Assembly (NCBI GenBank): GCA_003056265.1
Contig: NBVN01000004.1
Span: 261,587 to 325,586, forward strand
From: Zestosphaera tikiterensis
Lineage (GTDB): Archaea; Thermoproteota; Thermoprotei_A; Sulfolobales; NBVN01
DNA: 64,000 nt
Direction of reading: 5' to 3'
Shown in pieces: positions 17,945-26,786 of the stretch; position 1 is the stretch's first letter; each line of letters starts with the position of its first letter. The notes under the pieces are model-generated. The model was not told where the DNA came from and did no database searches. It saw only the letters and a list, made by a program, of their open reading frames with translations. The position numbers and the translations under genes were made by a program.

Positions 17945-18431
17945 AAGCTCATCAAAGTGTAAATTTACACTCAAGAACAAGCCCCGACTAAACACTCCAG
18001 GTCTGCATTAGGGTTAGTTGGGGAGGATGTTAGGGAGGATTAGGGAGGATGTTTGAGGAGGATCTAGTTTTCGAGATTAGCTTTCTAGCAGGATGAAGCA
18101 GTATGTAAAACTCATGCTGTTTGATCGGTTTTGTCCCGGTGTGTCCCACCGTCCACGCGTCTGTCCCAAGCTGTTTTAGAAAGTGGGACAGTGGGACAAT
18201 GGGACACCACGCGTGGTGTCCCGGGACAATGGGACAATCGCCGCGTGAATTTCTTTCGCTGTCCCATTGTCCCAATCAAATGTCTCATTTGTCCCAAACT
18301 AAAAGATTTTCAATTCACGAATTCGCGGTTTCCATGAGGTTCGAACGGCTTTCAGCATTTAATTGCCTTTGCCGAATGCTTTTTAATTGTCCAATGTTCA
18401 TATATATTGTACTCTGAGTATTACTCTGAGT
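17945..18431. repeat. right arm of the diverged inverted repeat (reverse orientation relative to 13044-13562)
   Basis: See the left arm. It contains the palindrome GTGTAAATTTACAC (17957-17970), the shared core (about 18021-18128) and the outer-end sequence GTACTCTGAGTATTACTCTGAGT (18409-18431). Confidence 0.85.
18132..18296. repeat. iteron array, motif GGGACA(A)/(T)TGTCCC (12 copies on both strands), centred on the 22-bp palindrome GGGACACCACGCGTGGTGTCCC (18201-18222)
   Basis: Copies start at 18132, 18142, 18172, 18185, 18193, 18201, 18217, 18223, 18231, 18260, 18268 and 18290. No GGGATAA copy occurs in this array. Confidence 0.85.
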
Positions 18432-18474
18432 GTGCGGTTTAATCATGCTTATTAATTCAGATATGTTAAGGTAG

Positions 18475-18789
18475 TTGGTGTTAAGAGTGAGAGGCGAGGG
18501 AAAGACAACCATCGAGGTATCGCTTGAGACTAGGGAACTGCTTAGGAGGGTCTCCCAGAGGGTTGGGATGACTTACGACGAGGTTCTTAAGATGCTCCTA
18601 GAATCATTCGAAAATCTGCTGAATTGCAGAGTTAGGGTTGATGAGGTCGTAGGCGACGTTATCTTGGTGTGCGACGTCGGTGAGGAGGAGCCTGAGGAGA
18701 TAAGCATAGACAGGAGGGAGTATAGAAGGCTTAGGAAGGTTTTGAAGTTCCTACTGAAGCCTAAGGAATCGCTCCACCCTACCTACTAG
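18475..18789 (+). CDS. putative ribbon-helix-helix (CopG/Arc-like) DNA-binding protein
   Basis: The N-terminus TIEVSLETRELLRRVSQRVGMTYDEVLKMLLE fits a strand-helix-helix pattern. Composition is host-like. Confidence 0.5.
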   Translation: MVLRVRGEGKTTIEVSLETRELLRRVSQRVGMTYDEVLKMLLESFENLLNCRVRVDEVVGDVILVCDVGEEEPEEISIDRREYRRLRKVLKFLLKPKESLHPTY

Positions 18790-19202
18790 AAAACTGGATG
18801 GGTTGAAAGTTTTACTTTCTAAGCAGCAGGTGGGATTCGTGCTGTTTGGTTGTGTCTTTTAAAGTGTTTTTCAATTATCTGTGGGCGGATACGCTAGGGT
18901 TGATCTTGATGATCGGATAATGTTACCAATGAAGATTAAGTTATGCGTGGCTTGTTTTGTTTTCCTATATTGCCTATAGCGGTTTTGTGGGGGTATTTTC
19001 TTAACGATAGATGGTGTTGTCTTACGGATTTATTAACTTTTCCTTACTTTACTTGCCCTAGTTGAAGATGAGGAGGTTTTAGTTTTTCAAACTTGATTTA
19101 TGGTAGGTTTAAGTCTTAAAGGAGGTGATGGGTTACTTACGTTATTACGTTATGGAGTGTTTATTAGCTTTATTTAAAGATAATATTATGGTAGTGGCGT
19201 AA

Positions 19203-19796
19203 GTGATGGTGTTCATGTATAACATACGTGGGGGGCAGGCGAACTTATTTGTGGTAGTTATGTTGGTAGGTCTTGTTTTAGTTCTTGGTGTAAGTCTTGC
19301 GGGTTATTTCTCTACCTACGTAGCTAGCGTTAGTTCTGAAAGCAGTCTTAAAAACGCAATACAGTATGAGATAGCTAATACGGTCGTATATAAGGAGTTC
19401 GATAGCGGTACGGCTGTATGGTTGGGTTTGATAAGGATAGATGGGTCTAGCACTACATACTACATGCTCGTTATAAACACCTCCTCCTGCGTATGGCAGA
19501 GGATCTCCGAAGAGAATATCGTGAGCAACCTACTAAGCAACGGTTTAGAGGGTGTTAGGGCTGGAAGATCCGTAGATTTAAACAGCGTGTATATATTAGA
19601 TCCAGACGGAAACCACATCCCCATAAAGACATACTATAGGGGGTCATCACCTATAACGATATATGAAATCTTCGTTGAAGCGGGCGGTAAGCCTAAACTC
19701 ATAGGACCGATACCGCATGGGGGAGGGTGTGTTGAGGTCGTGTTTTTAACCCTCGCAAACAATAACTATTATGAGGTAGGTAAGGTTTATGTATAG
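19203..19796 (+). CDS. pilin-like protein with a class III (type IV prepilin-like) signal peptide
   Basis: The N-terminus ..NIRGGQANLFVVVMLVGLVLVLGV has a basic residue plus Gly, followed by a hydrophobic helix. An ATG at 19218 is a plausible start. Confidence 0.6.
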   Translation: MMVFMYNIRGGQANLFVVVMLVGLVLVLGVSLAGYFSTYVASVSSESSLKNAIQYEIANTVVYKEFDSGTAVWLGLIRIDGSSTTYYMLVINTSSCVWQRISEENIVSNLLSNGLEGVRAGRSVDLNSVYILDPDGNHIPIKTYYRGSSPITIYEIFVEAGGKPKLIGPIPHGGGCVEVVFLTLANNNYYEVGKVYV

Positions 19797-20970
19797 AGTA
19801 AAACCTTCAAGAGGTCAGGCGGAGATAATAGGTGCTACCATAGCTTTAGGGTTGCTAGTCCTAGCTATAGCGTCTATGTTAGCGATAATGCAGAGAACAT
19901 CAGCAACATCAACAACAAACTTCGCAAAAAGAGTAAACTTCGAGAATGAAAGACTTTCAGAGAAGCTAAGCGTTACATACAACTCAACAAGTGGGGAATG
20001 CATCCTAAGAAACTACGGCTCACTAGACACGGTAATCATAAGAATATGGAACAACAACCAACACTACGACAGTAAATACGGCGATCACAACCTTCCAATA
20101 GTTTTAAAACCTAACGAAGAAGAAAGATTTACCTTCAGCGAAACACCACAATACATAGTTACGTCAAGAGGAAACGTAATACCGTTTAAAAACATGTGTG
20201 AAGAATTAAAACAACGTCTAACAACCCCCCCATCTGTTGGCGAAAGCTTTATAAAGTCTGAGGATGTATTGACGGGAGAAGCGAATTTTAAACCAACAAA
20301 AGATAGAGCCATAGTATGCTCTATTGAGATTGGTAATACAAGACCCACGTGTTATGTAGCATATAACTTCACTAATTACGGTAAAATATGGCGTCGATAC
20401 AATCCTGTTAACGGTTGGGAAAGTAACATTAACGCTAGACTTACTTCCGACACCGACCGTGATGGTGTTAACGAACTAACGCTTGTAGACGATGCTTGGA
20501 ATGAGATCAATTTTACAAGAGGTCAGAGCCCTACTATAAGGGTAACGTTCGTTAATTCTACGATTATAGATGACGATACAGACGTTATCTACGTTACGTA
20601 TAGACTTGCCGTTAATGCTATAGTAAGTAACGCTGCTGCACCGTTCGGGTTTAGTTTAAGTAGTTTTGTAGAATTAACGACAACCAATACTGGTGCGACA
20701 TTCCCAGCTGCGGTTAGCTTTATCTCTATACCTAGGTCTGAAAAAGTAGGGGGTTCTTATAACGTAATTGCTATCCTTGAAGCAAGTGTTGCCATACCGA
20801 GGAAGGCATATTCGTCGTTAAGTGGTTTATTACAGCCCGGGATCTATAATTTAACCATAACAGTTTTGATTAATAATCCACAACAAGGTTCTGCGGATTT
20901 TGCTAAGGCTGTACGTCTTGAGAGTGTAACGATAACGGGTGCTGAAATAAAATGGTATGAAAAGATATAG
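19789..20970 (+). CDS. large pilin-like / pilus-associated protein with a class III signal peptide
   Basis: MYRVKPSRGQAEIIGATIALGLLVLAI is a typical PibD-type processing site (RG|QAE). The gene overlaps the upstream pilin-like gene. Confidence 0.6.
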   Translation: MYRVKPSRGQAEIIGATIALGLLVLAIASMLAIMQRTSATSTTNFAKRVNFENERLSEKLSVTYNSTSGECILRNYGSLDTVIIRIWNNNQHYDSKYGDHNLPIVLKPNEEERFTFSETPQYIVTSRGNVIPFKNMCEELKQRLTTPPSVGESFIKSEDVLTGEANFKPTKDRAIVCSIEIGNTRPTCYVAYNFTNYGKIWRRYNPVNGWESNINARLTSDTDRDGVNELTLVDDAWNEINFTRGQSPTIRVTFVNSTIIDDDTDVIYVTYRLAVNAIVSNAAAPFGFSLSSFVELTTTNTGATFPAAVSFISIPRSEKVGGSYNVIAILEASVAIPRKAYSSLSGLLQPGIYNLTITVLINNPQQGSADFAKAVRLESVTITGAEIKWYEKI

Positions 20971-21437
20971 CTTAGAACTAGTAGTTTTCACATTCATCTT
21001 TAAATTAAATGGCTTAAATGTTGTTAGGTTTTTAGTAGCGTTTGTTTTAACGCCTTCAGCGGTTTAATATCGTATATTTCCTTCAATAATCTTAATATTA
21101 AAGCTTTGTTAAGCACTACCTATATTTAATGACTTGTTAATAATACGTAAATTCTTACTAAAAACATCCTCAGCTAATAATTACTTAATTTTCACGATTT
21201 CCCCTAGGTTTAAACATGCTTTATTTGAAGTTTTACGTAGTGTATGTAGTGAGTTTATGTTATTTGCTGTGAATGCATTAAGTAAGAAAGCAAGGTAGTT
21301 AAGAATATGGGAACACAGTCCTCGTAAGGTGATGTAAGTTCTTAAAGTTAAAGCTATGTGATCATGAAGTTTTAAGTTTATTAACAGTAGTGTTTATAAA
21401 GGAGTGCGATACATTATATTATTGGAGGTAATTAAAT

Positions 21438-21905
21438 ATGGATACACGTAAAGCAATATCACCTATACTTGCTACAGTAATCCTAATAGCTGTAACTCTA
21501 GTAATAGCGATAGGAGTTATAGGCTGGATAATGGGCATATGGGGCTCTCTAGGAGGACCTTCAGAAAGCCTAGTAGTTACAGGCGGAGGAACAGCAACAG
21601 GTACTACTAACAGTCTAACTTTTACTGTGACAATAGTTAATAAAGGTTCAGGTTCAGCAAAGTTATCGAGAATTGAAGTATCTGGTATAGGTTCAGTAGG
21701 TTCAAACGAGAACGTCAAAGATGATGGCACGCAGAAGCAATTGCAACAGGTAGAAATTAAACCAGGCGAATCTCATACTGTGGAAGTAACTCTTGGTAAT
21801 TTAGGAAGTTTTACATGCGTTGTTGGCGCTACTTATAACGTTAACGTATATACTCAGGCAGGTAATGTATATAGTACTGTAATACGTGTTACTAGTTGCT
21901 CGTAA
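21438..21905 (+). CDS. archaeal type IV pilin (DUF1628 / archaeal pilin N-terminal domain)
   Basis: MDTRKAISPILATVILIAVTLVIAIGV is the canonical archaeal pilin/flagellin-like N-terminus. Confidence 0.75.
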   Translation: MDTRKAISPILATVILIAVTLVIAIGVIGWIMGIWGSLGGPSESLVVTGGGTATGTTNSLTFTVTIVNKGSGSAKLSRIEVSGIGSVGSNENVKDDGTQKQLQQVEIKPGESHTVEVTLGNLGSFTCVVGATYNVNVYTQAGNVYSTVIRVTSCS

Positions 21906-21931
21906 TAAAGCTTAATGGTTTTATTTTTTAT

Positions 21932-23233
21932 TTATAGTAGCATTGGTATTTTTATTGGTGTTTTTTCTAGTTCTTCTTTGGGTATGTTGTACCCGTATTT
22001 TACTTCTACGTAGTTTTTCCTTAGTTCTATTACTTTCTTCTTTACTTGTTGTGGGTCTTTCTTATCTATTAGTACTTCACGCATTAGCTTAGCTATTTCT
22101 TTGAATGCGTCTTCCTTCATTCCGTATCTAGTCATTTCTGGTGTTCCTAACCTTATTCCTGAGGGGTCTTTAACTGCTTCCGGTGGATCCCAAGGCAGTA
22201 GGTTTTTATTTACTATTATGTTTGCCTGCTCTAGTAGTGTTGCTGCTTTGGTTCCCCCGCCTAACTCCCTTACGTCTATTACGAACATATGTGATTGCGT
22301 GAATCCTAGGTGTTCTGTAGGTACTTTAAACCCTTCTTCAACGCATGCTTGAGCGAATGCTTTAGCGTTTTTAACTATTTGCTCGGCGTATTCCCTACCG
22401 AACTCAAGCATTTCAATGGCTGTTACCGCCGTCGCAGGTAGTCTATGTAGGTGGTGGTTGCTTATGAACCACGGGAATATATACTTTGATATCTCCTTAT
22501 ATAGCTCCTCATCGTTCGTGAATATAATGCCTCCTTGAGGTCCTGGGAATGTCTTATGGGTTGATGAAGTCGCTACGTCAGCACCTTCATGTATTGGGTT
22601 AGGCCATACCTTACCAGCTATTAAACCAAGCACGTGAGCTACGTCGTGAATTAACTTAGCGCCTACGGAGTGGGCTGCGTTAGCTAACTCTTTAGTTGGG
22701 TGTGGGAACATGTAGACTGAACCGCCTAAAGTAACGAATTTAGGCTTAACCTCCTCAACCATCTTAACTGCTTTATCCACGTCTACGTTCCACCTCTCCC
22801 GATCGAACGGTAGCTCAATATGTTCGATGCCTAAAGCACCTAAAGTACCGAATTTCGTGTGGGATACGTGAGCACCTGCTTGAACGGGAGCTATTAAAGC
22901 TTTATCACCAGGCCTACCTAAAACCCTAAACACGGCTGCGTTAGCTACAGTACCGCTTATAGGCCTGGGCTCAACAAACCTAACCTCAAGAAGTTTAGAC
23001 ATTAAATCCATAACAAGCAACTCAACCTCATCAACGTACGTCAACCCTTGATAATACCTCTTCCTAGGCTTCCCCTCAGCATACCTATGCATCATATCAG
23101 TAAAGTATGCTGCCTCAGCTAAAGGAGACATAACGTTCTCCGAAGGTATTAAGTTAATAGCTTCAAACCTCCTCCACCTATTATGAGCTCTAGTCAACTC
23201 CAAAACCTTAATTAAATCCTCACGTAAACTCAT
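21932..23233 (-). CDS. glyA: serine hydroxymethyltransferase
   Basis: [10 protein letters not shown] and the PLP-lysine region [13 protein letters not shown] are present, and the length is as expected. Confidence 0.95.
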   Translation of the reverse strand: MSLREDLIKVLELTRAHNRWRRFEAINLIPSENVMSPLAEAAYFTDMMHRYAEGKPRKRYYQGLTYVDEVELLVMDLMSKLLEVRFVEPRPISGTVANAAVFRVLGRPGDKALIAPVQAGAHVSHTKFGTLGALGIEHIELPFDRERWNVDVDKAVKMVEEVKPKFVTLGGSVYMFPHPTKELANAAHSVGAKLIHDVAHVLGLIAGKVWPNPIHEGADVATSSTHKTFPGPQGGIIFTNDEELYKEISKYIFPWFISNHHLHRLPATAVTAIEMLEFGREYAEQIVKNAKAFAQACVEEGFKVPTEHLGFTQSHMFVIDVRELGGGTKAATLLEQANIIVNKNLLPWDPPEAVKDPSGIRLGTPEMTRYGMKEDAFKEIAKLMREVLIDKKDPQQVKKKVIELRKNYVEVKYGYNIPKEELEKTPIKIPMLL

Positions 23234-23429
23234 ACACCCACCAAAATCTAAACCTTGTTAAAGATTAATAAAAATAAAACATCCTTTAAAACGCCCCCCA
23301 CCTCCACACCTCATATTTTGAATACTGGGGGAACATACGTCTTCATATCAGTTTAAAAGCCTTCTAAACGTTTTAAGGAATGGAAAGGTTTATAGTCTGT
23401 GTAAGCGTTTAGTATGTGAGGTTTGAGGG

Positions 23430-23750
23430 ATGAGGAGGAAGGGTGAGGAGTACTTCGGTGAGGGTCAGGAGGATTTTGAGTTTGACGAATATCTTAAGTA
23501 CACGCTTTACGAGCCTATGGTTGAGGTTAGGGACGCGGGCTCATGCGTTAAGGTTTTGATTGAGGTTTCCGGCTCGTCTCAAGAAAGCGTTGTTGTGGAT
23601 TTCATAACCCCTAAAAGTATTGACGTAAGTGTTAAGTATAGAGGGAGGTTGGTTAAGAAGAGGTTGGATTTACCTCAACCTGTTAAGACTAGCAGGTATG
23701 AAGTTAAGGTTAAGAATGGTGTGGCTCAAATAATATTTCAGAAGATTTGA
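23430..23750 (+). CDS. small Hsp20/alpha-crystallin-like protein (divergent)
   Basis: The pattern EPMVEVRDAGSCVKVLIEVSG..ESVVVDF...RLDLPQPVKTSRYEVKVKNGVAQIIFQK follows the alpha-crystallin-domain layout. Confidence 0.5.
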   Translation: MRRKGEEYFGEGQEDFEFDEYLKYTLYEPMVEVRDAGSCVKVLIEVSGSSQESVVVDFITPKSIDVSVKYRGRLVKKRLDLPQPVKTSRYEVKVKNGVAQIIFQKI

Positions 23751-23759
23751 GTTTAATCT

Positions 23760-24026
23760 TTAGTAAGTTCTCTGTAGAGTTATCTCTATGTAGGATACGG
23801 CCCTACCCCCCACGCGTTCAGTCCCTATAGACACGTTAGTTAATTTTAGGTAGTCTCCAAGCCTTCTATGAAGTATGTTATATAGGTCTACAGCCTTAGA
23901 TATGTTCTCACCTTTCCCACGAATAACTACCTCCTTAACCCCCTGACTTAAGAAAGTGCTAACTAAAGCTATGTAGTTGCTTAAAGGCTTATTACCTACA
24001 GTCACCCTCCTCTGCTCACTCAACAT
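23760..24026 (-). CDS. albA: chromatin protein Alba (DNA/RNA-binding)
   Basis: NKPLSNYIALVSTFLSQGVKEVVIRGKGENISKAVDLYNIL closely parallels Sulfolobus Alba as I recall it. Confidence 0.9.
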   Translation of the reverse strand: MLSEQRRVTVGNKPLSNYIALVSTFLSQGVKEVVIRGKGENISKAVDLYNILHRRLGDYLKLTNVSIGTERVGGRAVSYIEITLQRTY

Positions 24027-24065
24027 ACATGACCTAATAAGTAATTACGGATGAAGACTATAAAC

Positions 24066-24488
24066 TTAACTACCGCGTTTAAGCCTAACCCACACGACAT
24101 TCCCAACCTTCTTAAGCTCTACAACACCCCTACCCTCCAACCTCCTCAACCTTTCAGCTATTACCCTCCTGGAAGCAGTCCCCCTCAACTTCCTCACCCT
24201 CCTTGTAAGCTCTGAAATACTTAACTCAGTGTCTGAAGCGGCTAAAACCTCCACTATAGCTCTGCTTATCGGGTCTTGAGAAGCTAAGTCCTTAAGTAAT
24301 TCAACAACCTCTCTAGCTGTTTTAACGGCTTTATGAACTGGTAGGTAGAAACTTAAAGCTAACTCCAACGCGGTTGCGGTCGTGGGGTCGTTTTGAAGGA
24401 GTAGTAGCTCCTCCAACCTCTCAAGTTTTTTCAATATCTCCTCAAGTAACTTCTCAACCCTCTTTAAACTGTCGCTCGGCATAAACAC
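24066..24488 (-). CDS. putative winged-helix transcriptional regulator
   Basis: The C-terminal SISELTRRVRKLRGTASRRVIAERLRRLEGRGVVELKKVGNVVWVRL looks like a wHTH. Confidence 0.5.
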   Translation of the reverse strand: MFMPSDSLKRVEKLLEEILKKLERLEELLLLQNDPTTATALELALSFYLPVHKAVKTAREVVELLKDLASQDPISRAIVEVLAASDTELSISELTRRVRKLRGTASRRVIAERLRRLEGRGVVELKKVGNVVWVRLKRGS

Positions 24489-24521
24489 TCAGCTTTAACT
24501 TCTTTGAAGGTTTTACGTAGG

Positions 24522-24932
24522 TTACTCCTCTTCCTTCTTTTCCTCTTCCTCCTCACCTACTTTAATCTCCGCCCCTTCCTTCGAAGGCTTTACCTTAACG
24601 GATTTCCTCCTCCACTCACCACTGCTTAGGAAGTCCGTTAAAGTCTTAATGCTTGGTAAGCTCTTCAACCTCTCCTCAAAGAATTTATTAGTCCATTCCT
24701 TAGCTGTTTGAGGGTCTACACCGCTTTCTATTAACGACTTATAGAACGTGCTCACCTCCTTAGCTAGTTTATCCCCGCTAACGCTCTCTACAAACACCTT
24801 AAGCAAGTCCTCTAAAGAAGGTTTAATCTCCTTCAGGAAGTCCGAGACCGCCTTAAGAACTTCACGTAACTCCTCAACGTCTTCCCTCTCCTCCCTCCTC
24901 CTCTCTTCAGACGTGGATATCACCTCCGACAA
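24522..24932 (-). CDS. hypothetical acidic/coiled-coil protein
   Basis: ORF track only. Both termini are Glu-rich. Confidence 0.4.
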   Translation of the reverse strand: MSEVISTSEERRREEREDVEELREVLKAVSDFLKEIKPSLEDLLKVFVESVSGDKLAKEVSTFYKSLIESGVDPQTAKEWTNKFFEERLKSLPSIKTLTDFLSSGEWRRKSVKVKPSKEGAEIKVGEEEEEKKEEE

Positions 24933-25066
24933 ACAATACGTTGACCTCCTTAATATCCTAACATATGCGGGAGTGTTCAGTTAGTGAGCGATTAGCTCAC
25001 CCACTAATTAAAGCTTTCGCTTAATCGCAAAGGTTTATAACGTAACGTTAGAATTTTAAAATGTAG

Positions 25067-25894
25067 TTGGTGATGTGTGTGTTGGTTAAACCTCCCACTC
25101 AAGCTGAGGTAGGGTTGATAGGGGGTAGCGGTCTTTACGATCCGGGAATGTTTGAAGAGGTTAAGGAGTTTAAGATATACACGCCTTACGGCCTCCCATC
25201 AGATAACGTCTTCGTCGGGTTTTATAAGGGGAGGAGGGTTGCGTTCATCCCCAGGCACGGTAGAGGGCATAAAATACCCCCGCACAGGATAAACTTCAGA
25301 GCTAATATATGGGCTTTAAAGTCTTTAGGCGTTAAGTGGGTTGTTGCAGTTTCCGCCGTAGGTTCTTTAAGGGAGGACTACATGCCTGGGGATATAGTTA
25401 TCCCAGATCAATTTATAGACATGACTAAAGGGAGGGTGTATACGTTCTTCGACGGGCCTACGGTGGCTCACGTCAGCATGGCCGACCCGTTCTGCCCTAC
25501 TTTAAGGGCTTTAGTAGCTGACGTAGCTAAGTCTTTAAACATTAAACACCACGTTAGGGGGACTTACGTATGTATTGAAGGCCCTAGATTCTCAACTAGG
25601 GCTGAGTCTAGGGTTTGGAAGGAGGTCTTCAAAGCTGATGTGGTTGGGATGACTTTAGTTCCTGAGGTTAACTTAGCTAGGGAGGCTGAACTACATTACG
25701 CAACGATAGCTTTAGTAACTGACTACGACGTTTGGGCTGAGAAGCCCGTAACGGCTGAGGAAGTATCTAAAGTTATGGCTGAAAACGTTGAGAAAGCTAA
25801 GAGAATACTTGCTGAGTTAATACCGAAGATACCTAAGCCTGAGGATAAGGTGGAATGTGCTTGCGAGAGGAGTTTAAAGGATGCTTTAGTGTAA
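25067..25894 (+). CDS. mtnP: 5'-methylthioadenosine (purine nucleoside) phosphorylase
   Basis: [38 protein letters not shown] and VGMTLVPE are characteristic of MTAP. Confidence 0.9.
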   Translation: MVMCVLVKPPTQAEVGLIGGSGLYDPGMFEEVKEFKIYTPYGLPSDNVFVGFYKGRRVAFIPRHGRGHKIPPHRINFRANIWALKSLGVKWVVAVSAVGSLREDYMPGDIVIPDQFIDMTKGRVYTFFDGPTVAHVSMADPFCPTLRALVADVAKSLNIKHHVRGTYVCIEGPRFSTRAESRVWKEVFKADVVGMTLVPEVNLAREAELHYATIALVTDYDVWAEKPVTAEEVSKVMAENVEKAKRILAELIPKIPKPEDKVECACERSLKDALV

Positions 25895-26772
25895 AGCTTA
25901 AGAAGCTGTTAAGCGAGGCTCGAAAAGTTTCAAACCTTAAAAACGAGTTAAACCTTTTTAAGGAGTTCATGCTTAACTCACGTAAGTTGATAATGACTTA
26001 CTCAGGCCCTTACTCCTCACCAGCTAGGTACGCTACCTTAACCCTCACATCCTTAACTAGTAAGGAGGTTAGGTTTTTAGAGCCTGAGGAGCTCATGTAT
26101 TACGTAGCTCCATACGATGAGGAGCGGGAGGCTGAAGTCGTCATATTCTCAAGCGTTGACGGCTTAACAACTTTAAACCTGCTTGTTGATCAGCTGCTAT
26201 GGACTAAGCATAACCTCCTCGTAATAACTCAGAAAGACTTAACCGATGAACTTAAGTATAAGTTAAGCGGTAGTTTAGTAGTGAATTTAAACACCGACGC
26301 GTGGGTTTTAACAACCCACTTACTAGTTGGGTTAGCGGTAGCTGAAGTTAGAGCTGAGGGGTTTTTAAGAAGTGATAGGTTACGTAGTGAATTCAGTAAC
26401 TTAAGTGAGGAGTTGATTAAAGACTTGATTACCGTGTATGAACCAACCATTAAGGAGTTAAGGAAGTTCCTCGAGAAGCCGGCGTTAGTTACGGCAACCC
26501 CCTCCATGTGGGGTGTTGCTGAAGAACTTACTTACAACCTACCCAACACATACTTAACGAACGTTGACTCGATATTTAAGATGGTTGATAAGCTGAATAG
26601 AGTGTTTCTAATAACTACTGATGTGGAGGAATTCGCTGTTAAGCCTGTGAAGGCCCTCTCAATAACGCGGAATGCTGAAGTGTTTACTTTAAACATACGT
26701 ACAGACCCGCTTACAGCCCCTATATACGCTTTAATCTTAACTCACTACCTACTAGACCTTATTAACTGTTGA
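25855..26772 (+). CDS. hypothetical protein (possibly SIS-like fold); the start is uncertain (alternative ATG at 25969)
   Basis: ORF track. Resemblance to sugar-isomerase-domain proteins is weak. The gene overlaps the 3' end of MTAP. Confidence 0.4.
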   Translation: MCLREEFKGCFSVKLKKLLSEARKVSNLKNELNLFKEFMLNSRKLIMTYSGPYSSPARYATLTLTSLTSKEVRFLEPEELMYYVAPYDEEREAEVVIFSSVDGLTTLNLLVDQLLWTKHNLLVITQKDLTDELKYKLSGSLVVNLNTDAWVLTTHLLVGLAVAEVRAEGFLRSDRLRSEFSNLSEELIKDLITVYEPTIKELRKFLEKPALVTATPSMWGVAEELTYNLPNTYLTNVDSIFKMVDKLNRVFLITTDVEEFAVKPVKALSITRNAEVFTLNIRTDPLTAPIYALILTHYLLDLINC

Positions 26773-26786
26773 TTTAGGTGGTTTAA

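Larger units (their letters stand above)
13044..18431. mobile_element. putative 5.4-kb cassette bounded by inverted repeats (arms plus AbrB-like, Zn-ribbon and type IIG R-M genes); no recombinase is visible
   Basis: The structure is read directly from the sequence. Mobility or invertibility is inference only. Confidence 0.35.

Noticed and set aside
13179-18296. CRISPR array.
   Set aside because: The repeats are only 6-8 bp, occur on both strands and have irregular 1-20 bp spacing. There are no 24-40 bp direct repeats with unique spacers, and no cas genes. No CRISPR-like structure occurs anywhere else in the window.
13044-18431. The iteron-rich inverted arms as a chromosomal replication origin (ORB/mini-ORB elements flanking a DUE).
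   Set aside because: There is no orc1/cdc6 or whiP gene nearby. The arms are 4.4 kb apart and enclose genes rather than an AT-rich unwinding element. The motifs do not resemble the ORB consensus as I remember it. A plasmid-type origin cannot be excluded.
21000-21437. The long AT-rich intergenic region upstream of the pilin gene as a hidden element.
   Set aside because: I saw no repeats, ORFs or structured motifs. It is consistent with a large promoter or regulatory region for a highly expressed surface-protein gene.
25855-25894. The 40-nt overlap between the MTAP gene and the next ORF as a sign of a frameshift or fusion.
   Set aside because: Alternative in-frame starts exist downstream (TTG 25861, ATG 25969), and the two proteins have unrelated folds. 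This is most likely just an over-extended ORF call.
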